Assembly: GCA_963749075.1 (NCBI GenBank)
Contig: CAVVLJ010000016.1
Span: forward strand, 480,001-544,000
Direction: 5' to 3'
DNA: 64,000 bases
Source: an uncultured Pseudomonadota bacterium
GTDB taxonomy: Bacteria; Pseudomonadota; Alphaproteobacteria; JACZXZ01
Positions 8,028 through 16,496 of this stretch are shown here, in pieces. Position 1 is the first letter of the stretch; each line of letters opens with the position of its first letter. A program made the translations under genes and the position numbers. The notes under the pieces are model-generated. The model saw nothing but the letters and a program-made list of their open reading frames with translations, had not been told where the DNA came from and ran no database searches.

Positions 8028-9584
8028 ATGCCGATCTTCCAGCTCGGTCAGCTCAACACGACGGCGCTCATCGTCCCCGACCTCTACGTCCAGATCGTCC
8101 CGCCGCAGGTGACGCTGTTGAACGGCGTGCCGACCAACGTCCTCGGGCTGGTCGGCACCGCGAGCTGGGGGCCGGCGAACGCGCCGACCATCGTCGGCAG
8201 CATGGCGGACTATGCCAGCCAGTTCGGCCCCATCATCGCGCGCAAATACGACCTCGGCACCGGCGTCGCCGCCGCCGTGCTGCAGGGTGCCGCTAACTTC
8301 CGCTGCGTGCGCGTGACGGACGGCACCGACGCGGCGGCCTCCTTGGCGCTCAAGGACACCACAACGCCCACCGCCGCGACCGGCCTCACGCTTACGGGGA
8401 AATACACGGGCTCGCTCGGCAACCAGCTCGTCGCCAGCGTCTTCAACGGCTCGCAGACCGGCACCTTCCGCATCGTCGTCACCATGCCGGGCTTGGTGCC
8501 CGAGACCTTCGACAATATCCCGGGCACCGGTGCCGCGCTCTGGGCCAACATGGCGAACGCCATCAACTTGGGCCTGGGCGGCCTGCGCGGCCCCTCCCAG
8601 CTCGCGGTCGCGAGTGCGGGGAGTGCCACCAACCCGCCGGCACTCGTCACCAACCAGGCCTTCGCGGGCGGCAGCGACGGCGCCACCACGATTACCGCTT
8701 CCGTGCTGGTCGGCGTCGACACGGTGCCGCGCAAGGGCATGTACGCCTTGAGGAACACCGGGACGAGCATCGCGGCGCTGGTCGATGCCGACGATTCGAC
8801 CGAATGGACGGCGCAGGTCGCCTTCGGCCTCTCCGAGGGCATCTACATGATCATGGTGGGGCCCGCCGGCGACAGCATCGCCAACGCGGTCTCGGTCAAG
8901 GCCACGGCCGGCATCGATTCCTACGCGGCCAAGCTCCTCTTCGGCGACTGGGTCTATTTCAACGATACGGTCAACAACCAGCTCCGCCTCATCTCGCCCC
9001 AGGGCTACATAGCCGGGCTCCTCGCCAATCTGGCACCCCAGGGCTCGAGCCTGAATAAGCAGCTCTACGGCATCGTCGGCACCCAGAAGTCGATGCAGAA
9101 CCAGACCTACTCCTCGGCCGACCTCCAGGCGCTCGTCGAAGCCGGCATCGACCTCATCGCCAACCCGGTGCCGGGCGGCAGCTACTTCGGCGCGCGCGTC
9201 GGCCACAACACCTCCTCGAACGCCGTCATCCAGGGCGACAACTACACGCGCATGACGAACTACATAGCTGCCACGCTCAACGCCGGGATGGGCATCTACG
9301 TGGGCCTCCTTCAGACGCCGACCGTGCGCGCCCAGGCCGCGGCCACGCTCGACAACTACCTCTACAATCTCGAGCAGCAGGGCCAGATCGGCACCGCCGA
9401 CGGCTCGCAGGCCTATTCGGTCGTGCTCGACGATTCCAACAACCCAGCCAGCCGCGTAGCGCTCGGCTACATGCAGGCCGACGTGCAGGTCATCTATCTC
9501 TCGGTCATCGAGAAGTTCCTCGTCAACATCGAGGGCGGCCAGTCGGTGCAGATCGTCAGCCAGGGTGTGACGCCGGTGAGCTGA
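8028..9584 (+). CDS. Contractile tail sheath protein
   Basis: 518 aa; VPDLYVQIVPP, GTASWGP.N.P, NYTRMTNYIA, NNPASRVALGYMQADVQV sheath motifs. Confidence 0.9.
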   Translation: MPIFQLGQLNTTALIVPDLYVQIVPPQVTLLNGVPTNVLGLVGTASWGPANAPTIVGSMADYASQFGPIIARKYDLGTGVAAAVLQGAANFRCVRVTDGTDAAASLALKDTTTPTAATGLTLTGKYTGSLGNQLVASVFNGSQTGTFRIVVTMPGLVPETFDNIPGTGAALWANMANAINLGLGGLRGPSQLAVASAGSATNPPALVTNQAFAGGSDGATTITASVLVGVDTVPRKGMYALRNTGTSIAALVDADDSTEWTAQVAFGLSEGIYMIMVGPAGDSIANAVSVKATAGIDSYAAKLLFGDWVYFNDTVNNQLRLISPQGYIAGLLANLAPQGSSLNKQLYGIVGTQKSMQNQTYSSADLQALVEAGIDLIANPVPGGSYFGARVGHNTSSNAVIQGDNYTRMTNYIAATLNAGMGIYVGLLQTPTVRAQAAATLDNYLYNLEQQGQIGTADGSQAYSVVLDDSNNPASRVALGYMQADVQVIYLSVIEKFLVNIEGGQSVQIVSQGVTPVS

Positions 9585-9617
9585 GGGACTGGGCGTGATG
9601 GACGAGGCGAGGGCGCC

Positions 9618-10046
9618 TCACGCTGCGTCGCGGCTCGCTACCACGAGCGATTTGCCGAGCGCGCGCATGGCGGCCTCGATCTGCTCGATCCCGGAGCGGT
9701 GCCGCAGGTCGAAGACGCGCATGACCTGGGGCATCGCCCAGCCAAGCCGCCGCGCGAGCGCCGCCTTGCTGATGCCCGCGCGGCGAAACTCGAGGTAGAG
9801 AAGTGCCTTGGCGGCCTCGAGCGGCGCCAGATGGACGAGCGGCCGGCCGCGCGCCGGAGACGGCTTGGGCAGCGCGCGCCCGTCGGCCACATAGGCGGAG
9901 ACGATCGTCTCGAGGAGATCGGCGGCGAAGCCGAGTGCCTCCTCCCTGGTCTCGCCGTGGGTGGCTCCGGTTCCGAAGTCGGGGAACGTCACCATGTAGC
10001 TTTTGCCGTCCCGCGCGACGGCTGCCGGATAGGCGAGCGTGGTCAT
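9618..10046 (-). CDS. hicB: HicB-family antitoxin
   Basis: YPA...YMVTFPDF..ATHGETREEAL..A.D.L N-domain plus C-terminal HTH (ISKAALARRLG). Confidence 0.85.
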   Translation of the reverse strand: MTTLAYPAAVARDGKSYMVTFPDFGTGATHGETREEALGFAADLLETIVSAYVADGRALPKPSPARGRPLVHLAPLEAAKALLYLEFRRAGISKAALARRLGWAMPQVMRVFDLRHRSGIEQIEAAMRALGKSLVVASRDAA

Positions 10047-10076
10047 CTAGCGGTTCTCCAGATCGGTCGGCTTCAA
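10047..10076 (-). pseudogene. Possible 3' remnant of hicA toxin
   Basis: LKPTDLENR-stop abuts the hicB ATG (TAGATG); sequence upstream of it is replaced by AT-richer DNA. Confidence 0.35.
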
Positions 10077-10227
10077 GCGGTCGTTTTAAGTGCATAAAAA
10101 TCTAGTTATTTCAATACGTTATAATTCCATCGTCCGATAACGGAAATTTAACAATCGCGAGATTATCACTTCCCGGGTGTCAACCCTATTGTAAAGTGTC
10201 AAGTGGGATGCTAAGTAGGATATTGCA

Positions 10228-11034
10228 ATGGGCAAAAAAATGAGCGACGCGCCGGTCTACTTCGTCCTTGGGCAGGTGCGCTTCAATGCGCTGCTCACTC
10301 TCGAGAGCTATGTGCCAACGATACAGGATTCATTGAGGAAAGTTGGGTATGCAGACTTTGCAAAAGCCACGATAGCAACGATCAATTTGAATATCGGCGT
10401 GCAAGTCGCCGTTAATCAAGTGCCGGTCGCACAAATTCCCCGCTATCAATTCTTAAATCAAGCCAAAACGGCTGGCTTCATTCTTACTCAATCGGCGCTC
10501 AGCTTCGAAACAACGGAATATCATACTTTTGAACCGTTTAGAGATGCATTGCTGTTGGGGCTGAAAACAATCGATGAGGCCACGGGAGGACTTAGCTTTT
10601 CCGAACGCATCGGAATTAGATTTCTTGATGCGGTATGTCCTCGACCGAACGAAAACCTGTCAGACTATCTAGCGCCGTCACTGATCGGACTAAGTGACAA
10701 GCTTAATGGCAGAAAACTCACACGGGCGGTTTCAGAGACGTGGTCCGCCTTAGATAAAACGAACCTTATGTGCCGGGTAGTTATTCATGACCAAGCCGCC
10801 AAAGGGCCTGGCTTTCCTCCCGATCTTCATCCAGAGGCGGTGATTTTTCAAATATCTGAAAAATTTCGCAACATAACCGGGCTATATGCTATTATTGACA
10901 CTGATAGTTGGCATGAAGAGAGGCAAAAATTCTCTATCGACAAAATTAAAGAAATCCTGGGGGGACTTCATGCTACCACGCGTCGATCATTCGACGATAT
11001 GGTCACACCGCACGCTCTCATGGTTTGGGAGTGA
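10228..11034 (+). CDS. TIGR04255-like protein
   Basis: MGKKMSDAPVYFVLGQVRFN, FETTEYHTFE.F, ERIGIRFLDAV, IIDTD, F...VTPHALMVW; AT-richer than flanks. Confidence 0.7.
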   Translation: MGKKMSDAPVYFVLGQVRFNALLTLESYVPTIQDSLRKVGYADFAKATIATINLNIGVQVAVNQVPVAQIPRYQFLNQAKTAGFILTQSALSFETTEYHTFEPFRDALLLGLKTIDEATGGLSFSERIGIRFLDAVCPRPNENLSDYLAPSLIGLSDKLNGRKLTRAVSETWSALDKTNLMCRVVIHDQAAKGPGFPPDLHPEAVIFQISEKFRNITGLYAIIDTDSWHEERQKFSIDKIKEILGGLHATTRRSFDDMVTPHALMVWE

Positions 11035-11041
11035 TTGTGAC

Positions 11042-11644
11042 ATGGAACGTCTAAATCAAACGACTCCATGGCTAGATAAAGACATAGTAGTGTCTTTTCT
11101 CATGCCGGTCACGCTCGCCTTGCAATTGGGCACGGGAGGGTATGAGACAAGAGAATATTACCAGCAGCGTTTACTCGATACGGTGCCAACTTATTATGGG
11201 CGTGCGGACTCCGGGCTTCCTGTCTCTGTGTCGAGGAATAATGCAAGCGACGTGCGCCACGTCCTGGACGTTCTTAAGCCTTCCGTTACAGGGCTTGCGA
11301 GATATTTGGGCGTCTCTCGGACGACGATTTACGACTGGAAGCACGGGAAGCAGGTCGGCGCGGACAATGCTGCGAAGTTGGCGAGCTTTTCGCGAGCGGC
11401 GGATGTCATCGCCGACGCGAATTTGCAGATGTCGCCCCTAGTTCGGGGAAGGAAACTCCCAGGCGGGATGACATTGTTCGAATCCATCGCGAGCGGCGCC
11501 GATGCCGAACAGGCCGCACTAGCGCTCGTCACAATGCTGCGCGAGGAGGCTGCTCGGCGAGATAGGCTCACAGCCCGGTTTTTGGGTCGCATCAAGCCCG
11601 ACACGGAGGGCACACACGATGCTCCTACCGTGTTCAATGAGTGA
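11042..11644 (+). CDS. HTH DNA-binding protein
   Basis: SVTGLARYLGVSRTTIYDWKHG helix-turn-helix. Confidence 0.7.
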   Translation: MERLNQTTPWLDKDIVVSFLMPVTLALQLGTGGYETREYYQQRLLDTVPTYYGRADSGLPVSVSRNNASDVRHVLDVLKPSVTGLARYLGVSRTTIYDWKHGKQVGADNAAKLASFSRAADVIADANLQMSPLVRGRKLPGGMTLFESIASGADAEQAALALVTMLREEAARRDRLTARFLGRIKPDTEGTHDAPTVFNE

Positions 11645-12493
11645 GTGCGATTTGTGGCCGGGCGTCACCCAAGAATCAGTTGGCGCCAGGGTCACGTTCT
11701 AACGGCCGATACCGCCGAGAAACTCGGACTAGCCCATCCAGCGAACCCCACAGAAACTACAGTTGTGGTCGTTTCTCACGACTGCGATCTCGTGCAGAGC
11801 GAAACGAGCGAACCGCTAGTGGAAGTCATTATTGGCCGCGAAATCAACGAAGACGAAGTCAATGGCAATTTCCTCAACGCAAAGGGATCGCGCACGCTTC
11901 ATCTTCCGTTTACCGCTGGGTCTAGTAGGCTTATTCTCGAGTTGTCCGCGACACAGAAACGCCAGATTGATAAGGCCGCGCTGATCCCCCATAACCCATC
12001 GCCGATCGCGCAACTGTCGCTAAGCGGGCGAAGAATTCTGCAGCGATGGCTAGCGGCGCGATACCTACGCGCCGCGTTTCCAGATGAATTTGTGGCTCGC
12101 TTCGGCAATTCAGGTGCTGACGAGCGGCTTAAAAAGATAGTGAAGAAGGCACAATCGCATCTCGTGGCAATCTATTTTGACCTCGATCGAGGGGAAGAAA
12201 AAGAGCGCGCAGGCGACGACGATCTTTATGAATTATCGATTTTCCTGGTACATCCAGTTGACCCCGATCCTGCGATCTCTCGGGAAGCTGCGCACGAGGC
12301 GAAGGTTCTTATCGAGCAAATGTTTGAGACATGTTGTAAGCACGATGGCCAGTGGCGGGGCATCCAGTTGGAAGGGTGCTACGTCCAGTCGGCTGCGGAA
12401 GTGACTTTGCACACAGTCGATTTTTTAAAGAAATGGAATACCGATTATCTAAGTTTCCGCGCCGATCCAGAAGGCCCGATGGTCGCCGTCTAG
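11645..12493 (+). CDS. Hypothetical protein (WRQG...VVSHDCD motif)
   Basis: 282 aa ORF, third gene of the AT-richer island; start uncertain. Confidence 0.65.
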   Translation: MRFVAGRHPRISWRQGHVLTADTAEKLGLAHPANPTETTVVVVSHDCDLVQSETSEPLVEVIIGREINEDEVNGNFLNAKGSRTLHLPFTAGSSRLILELSATQKRQIDKAALIPHNPSPIAQLSLSGRRILQRWLAARYLRAAFPDEFVARFGNSGADERLKKIVKKAQSHLVAIYFDLDRGEEKERAGDDDLYELSIFLVHPVDPDPAISREAAHEAKVLIEQMFETCCKHDGQWRGIQLEGCYVQSAAEVTLHTVDFLKKWNTDYLSFRADPEGPMVAV

Positions 12494-12626
12494 AATTTAC
12501 GGCTTGACCATCGATTATGTGCGGCCTTTTTTGCAATCACTTTTCTGCTCAGGAGACCGTGCGTCGGCTCGCCCCCCGCCGCGAGCCCGCCTTCCATCGT
12601 CGCCCGTCAAGTGAGAGGTGCCAGCC

Positions 12627-13058
12627 ATGCCGTTCAACAATTTCAGCGTCGGCAAGGACGTGACGCTGCAGATCGTCACCCAGCAGGGAGTGCTGCTCTC
12701 CTCGCTCCTCACCAGCTTCACCTCGAAGCAGCGCACCAACGACAAGACCGTCAAGGGCCTCGACGGCGTCATGCGCCCGCTCTTCCTGCCCGACGGCTGG
12801 GAGGGCACCTTCGAGTACGAGCGCGGCAGCTCCGACCTCGACGACTTCATCGCCGCGCTCGAGGCCAACTACTACGCGGGCGAGGCCATCACCGGCGCCA
12901 CCATCCTCGAGACGATCAGCGAGACCAACGGCCTGACCAGCCAGTACCGCTACGAGGGCGTGGTCTTCAAGCTCTCCGACGCCGGCGAATGGAAGGGCGA
13001 TTCGAGCGTCAAGATGCGCCTCGAGTTCTCGGCGAGCACGCGCAGCAAGGTGGTATGA
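12627..13058 (+). CDS. Tail tube protein
   Basis: MPFNNFSVGKD...PDGWEGTFEYER...ILETISE...QYRYEGV; size and position after sheath. Confidence 0.8.
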   Translation: MPFNNFSVGKDVTLQIVTQQGVLLSSLLTSFTSKQRTNDKTVKGLDGVMRPLFLPDGWEGTFEYERGSSDLDDFIAALEANYYAGEAITGATILETISETNGLTSQYRYEGVVFKLSDAGEWKGDSSVKMRLEFSASTRSKVV

Positions 13059-13071
13059 GCAGGCGCCCGCC

Positions 13072-14004
13072 ATGGCGCTGGTTCCCGATACCACGCTCAC
13101 GCTCGGCGACGTGAGCTTCGCCTCCTACGAGGTGCCGGAGCGCATCTCGTTCGGCGGCGCGCAGCGCCTCGCCGTGCACAAGGTCATCGGCGGCGCGCGC
13201 GTCGTCGACGCGCTCGGCCCGGACGATGCGGAGATCTGCTGGTCCGGCCGCTTCCAGAGCCCGAATGCCGGCCCGCGCGCGCGCCACCTCGACTATCTGC
13301 GCCGCCAGGGCACGGCGCTCACCCTAAGCTGGGACCAGTTCAGCTACAGCGTGGTGATCAGCCGCTTCGCGGCGGAGTTCGAGCGCTACTACCAGATTCC
13401 CTACCGCATCGCCTGCCTTGTCGTCGAGGACGACACCCAGCCGGTGACGACGAGCCCGTCGACGCCGGTCGACGAGCTGGTGGCGGAGGACGCGGCCGAG
13501 CTCGCGAGCCTCGCCTCCTCGAGCGGCAATAGCGGGATTGCCGGCAGCACCGGGCAGCTCCAGGCGCTCCTCGCCTCGTCGGCACCTCTCGCCGCGGCCT
13601 CGGCAGGGACGCTCGCCGCACTCGAGAGCCTGCTCGCCGAGCTCGCGGCGCTGATCGCGGCGGCCATTGCCGCGGCGGCCCCCGCCTTCGACGGCGGCGC
13701 CTCAGCGGGCTCGGGGGCGGCGGCGCTGCTCGGCCAGTCGAGTGCCGCCGCGGCACTCGCAATCCTCCTCGAGATGCAGGCGCTCGCCGGCCGCATTGCC
13801 TGCAACCTGCGCCGGGCCTCACCCGCCGCGTCCGGCCGCACCATCACTGTCGCCGGCGGCAATCTCTTCAGCATCGCCGCGGCACTCCTCGGCGACGCCA
13901 CCCAGTGGAGCCGCATCGCGGCCCTGAACGGCCTCACGGACCCGGTGCTCGCCGGCATCACGCAACTGCGCCTGCCGCCCATCGATACGAGCGCGGGCGG
14001 CTAG
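13072..14004 (+). CDS. Tube-initiator-like baseplate protein with C-terminal LysM-like domain
   Basis: FASYEVPERISFGGAQRLAVHK..GGARVVDALG N-domain; ITVAGGNLFSIAA..LGDATQW.RIAALNGLTDP C-domain. Confidence 0.7.
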   Translation: MALVPDTTLTLGDVSFASYEVPERISFGGAQRLAVHKVIGGARVVDALGPDDAEICWSGRFQSPNAGPRARHLDYLRRQGTALTLSWDQFSYSVVISRFAAEFERYYQIPYRIACLVVEDDTQPVTTSPSTPVDELVAEDAAELASLASSSGNSGIAGSTGQLQALLASSAPLAAASAGTLAALESLLAELAALIAAAIAAAAPAFDGGASAGSGAAALLGQSSAAAALAILLEMQALAGRIACNLRRASPAASGRTITVAGGNLFSIAAALLGDATQWSRIAALNGLTDPVLAGITQLRLPPIDTSAGG

Positions 14005-14025
14005 CATTCGGCGCGCCGGAGAACG

Positions 14026-14484
14026 ATGGAGAGAGACAGCATGCCGGACAACGTCAAGCTCACGCTCCACCCCGAGCGCCCGCGCGCCAACGGCGCCGAG
14101 GGTGCTGCCCACGCCGCGACACCGTCCCAGGAGATCCTGGAGCGCGCCAACCGCATCGTGCGCGTCTCCGACGCGCGCGGGCGCACCCTCGGCGTCAAGC
14201 AGCCGAGCCTCCTCGAGCGCTTGCGCATCTACGAGCTGGCCGGCGCGCAGAACGCCGAGAACAAGGTCTATCTCGGACTCGTGGGCACCGTGCTCGCGAT
14301 CGCCGAGCTCGACGGCGAGCGGCTGCCCTTCCCCGCCACCAAGCGCGAGCTCGAGGCGCGGGTGAGCCTGGTCGGCGACGAGGGGCTGGCGGCGGCCGGC
14401 CGCGCGCTCGCCGAGCATTTCAGCGAGCCCGCCGCCGCCGATGACGAGGAGACGGCAAAAAACGCATCGGGCACCCCGGCTTGA
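14026..14484 (+). CDS. Tail assembly chaperone (G-like)
   Basis: VSDARGRTL...GDEGLAA; carries the slippery heptamer A AAA AAC near its 3' end; alternative start 14041. Confidence 0.7.
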   Translation: MERDSMPDNVKLTLHPERPRANGAEGAAHAATPSQEILERANRIVRVSDARGRTLGVKQPSLLERLRIYELAGAQNAENKVYLGLVGTVLAIAELDGERLPFPATKRELEARVSLVGDEGLAAAGRALAEHFSEPAAADDEETAKNASGTPA

Positions 14485-14633
14485 AGCAGGCGCTCTACCT
14501 CGCTTCGAGAGGGGTGCCGTTCGACATCGCCTTCTCGCTGCCGGACCGCGAGCGGACCGGCTGGTGCCGCATGCTTGCCGAGCTCGAGCGGCCGGGCCTC
14601 GTGCGAATCGTCGACGGCCGCCGGCGCAGGTGA
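14457..14633 (+). CDS. Tail assembly chaperone GT extension reached by programmed -1 frameshift
   Basis: In-frame A-AAA-AAC at 14457-14463; the -1 frame reads KKRIGHPGLKQALYLASRGVPFDIAFSLP...RRRR-stop. Confidence 0.7.
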   Translation, partial: KKRIGHPGLKQALYLASRGVPFDIAFSLPDRERTGWCRMLAELERPGLVRIVDGRRRR

Positions 14634-14680
14634 AGACGCCCGCGATAATTATATATGTGTGCCGGCCGCAGAATTCGGAC

Positions 14681-14708
14681 TTGATTTGTTCCTGTCTTGC
14701 GCTATAAT
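14681..14708 (+). promoter_or_regulatory. Putative sigma70 promoter ahead of the immunity/effector cassette
   Basis: TTGATT-N16-TATAAT in a locally AT-rich gap. Confidence 0.55.
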
Positions 14709-14996
14709 GGGTGTAACGACCGTAGGATTTTCAATCTTAGGTCACTGCCCCTTGACGCCGGCCGCCGCCGACGGGCGCAGGAGCGGAAGCTGTCGTGAGG
14801 GGCTCGGCCATCGGACTGTCGGCGGCGTGGGCAGCGTCGGCGACCGGCCGGCCGGCCGCGCGGGAGTCGCTGCCGCTGCTTGCGGGTTGGGCGCAGCGCC
14901 CGTCTCCACAAGCGCGCGGCATCTCGCGACGGCCGGCCGGCCGTCTTTACCGGCGGTGTGGCGCCGTTTGGCGCCCTTGACGCCAGGAGAGCGAGC

Positions 14997-15743
14997 TTGA
15001 GACTGCCGTGGCGCAAGCGGGGGGCGGCGGCGGGCAATGCCGCAGGCCGCGCGCGCAAGCGCCCGCGCGTCATTGCGCGCGTGCTCGCCGGCTCAGCCCT
15101 CCTCCTCATCGCGGCCGTCTTCGGCCACGGCCTTGTGGTGAGCCTCTCGGGACCGAAGGAGGGCGCGCCCGGCCGCGACGGGGCGCCCACCGGCTACACC
15201 TACGATCTTACGCCGCTGATCCTCGAGATCGGCCCCCATAGATTCGTCGTCCCGCGCGGCTACCTCTACGCTTATGACGTAGGCAAGACGCGGCAGAGAT
15301 CGATCGGCATCCAGGTCATGCTGCCCGACTTCGAGCCGATCTCTCCGAGCAACAGCGCCTGCTTCGCCGACCAAGGAACGTGCAACGACATTTTCTGGCT
15401 GGGCCTGAGCCCGGGGCGCGGCGTGCCTGCCGAGCAACAATTGGCCAACGTGCTGCGCGGTGCCGAGGATAATGTTCGGCCTGCCTACGGGTTCGCTCAG
15501 CATTTGAACACGACCTTTGGCAGGCGTGCGGAGATATACACCTCAGGCGAGGGGCACGAGCTCCTGTTCCTCGATTGCGACACGCCCGATGAGCTGCTGC
15601 CTAGCTGCAGCCAAGAGCGCCCGCTCGGGGACGGCCTCGTGCTGTGGTACTATTTTCGCCGCGTCCATCTCGCCGAATGGCCCGACATCGAGCGCAAGGC
15701 GATGGCCTTGATCGCGCGTTTCGAGGGCGGGGACAGCCCTTGA
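14997..15743 (+). CDS. Exported/membrane-anchored immunity-like protein, copy 1
   Basis: TTG start after AGGAG; N-terminal hydrophobic segment; VPRGY..LPDFEP..C..C..YYFRRVHLAEWPDIERK; paralog downstream. Confidence 0.6.
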   Translation: MRLPWRKRGAAAGNAAGRARKRPRVIARVLAGSALLLIAAVFGHGLVVSLSGPKEGAPGRDGAPTGYTYDLTPLILEIGPHRFVVPRGYLYAYDVGKTRQRSIGIQVMLPDFEPISPSNSACFADQGTCNDIFWLGLSPGRGVPAEQQLANVLRGAEDNVRPAYGFAQHLNTTFGRRAEIYTSGEGHELLFLDCDTPDELLPSCSQERPLGDGLVLWYYFRRVHLAEWPDIERKAMALIARFEGGDSP

Positions 15744-16423
15744 AGCAGCCGTGGCCGAAGCGCCCGGGCGGCTGCATAAGACTCCTTGCCGCCTGCGTCC
15801 TCGCGCTCGTCGCGGTCATCTTCGGCCACGGCCTCTTGGGGAACCTCTCGGGACCGAAGGAGGGCGAGCTTGGCCGCGACGGCGCGCCCACCGGCTACAC
15901 CTACGATCTCGGGCCGGTCGCGGTAACGCTCGGCCCCTACGCGCTCCGCATTCCGCACGCCTACATTATCTGGAAGTCCGATCGTGGGCTTGTCGTGCTC
16001 GACGCTATCCTCCCCGACCTCGAGCCGATCCGGCCGGCCACCAGCGGCTGCTTTGCCAGGCCATGGGAATGCCATCGCGTCGTGGGGATCGCGCTTGGAG
16101 AGGAGAAGTTGCTCCCCGCCGACGAGCAGCTCGCGAATATCACCCGCGGCCTTGAGGACAAGACCCGGCCGGTCTTCGGGTTCATCCAGCATATCAATAC
16201 GACCATACGAGCGATGGCGGAGACCTACAGCATGGGCCAGGGACGCGACATGCGCCTTCTCTCTAGCGATCCGCCGGACAAGGCCGATGCCGGTTGCGAC
16301 GAGGATCGGGAAATCAGGGAAGGGTTGGTCATGACTTTCCGGTTCGATCGAGAGCGCCTTGCCGAATGGCCGGAGATCGAGCGCAAGGTGATGGGTCTGG
16401 TTGCGACCTTCATGCGCGAGTAG
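15740..16423 (+). CDS. Exported/membrane-anchored immunity-like protein, copy 2
   Basis: TTGA overlap; shares FGHGL..LSGPKEG..GRDGAPTGYTYDL and LAEWP.IERK.M.L with copy 1, with a divergent middle. Confidence 0.6.
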   Translation: MKQPWPKRPGGCIRLLAACVLALVAVIFGHGLLGNLSGPKEGELGRDGAPTGYTYDLGPVAVTLGPYALRIPHAYIIWKSDRGLVVLDAILPDLEPIRPATSGCFARPWECHRVVGIALGEEKLLPADEQLANITRGLEDKTRPVFGFIQHINTTIRAMAETYSMGQGRDMRLLSSDPPDKADAGCDEDREIREGLVMTFRFDRERLAEWPEIERKVMGLVATFMRE

Positions 16424-16496
16424 CCGGCCTGCGCGCGGCCCACGCCGGCTGATCGACGACCGCGAACCGACGCCCGGGCTCCTGAGGCATCATCCC

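Noticed and set aside
6954-9206. 750-aa minus-strand ORF
   Set aside because: Antisense shadow of the sheath and neighbouring genes, expected in high-GC DNA
14687-14702. Alphaproteobacterial LexA box (GTTC-N7-GTTC) in the cassette promoter
   Set aside because: Only one half-site matches
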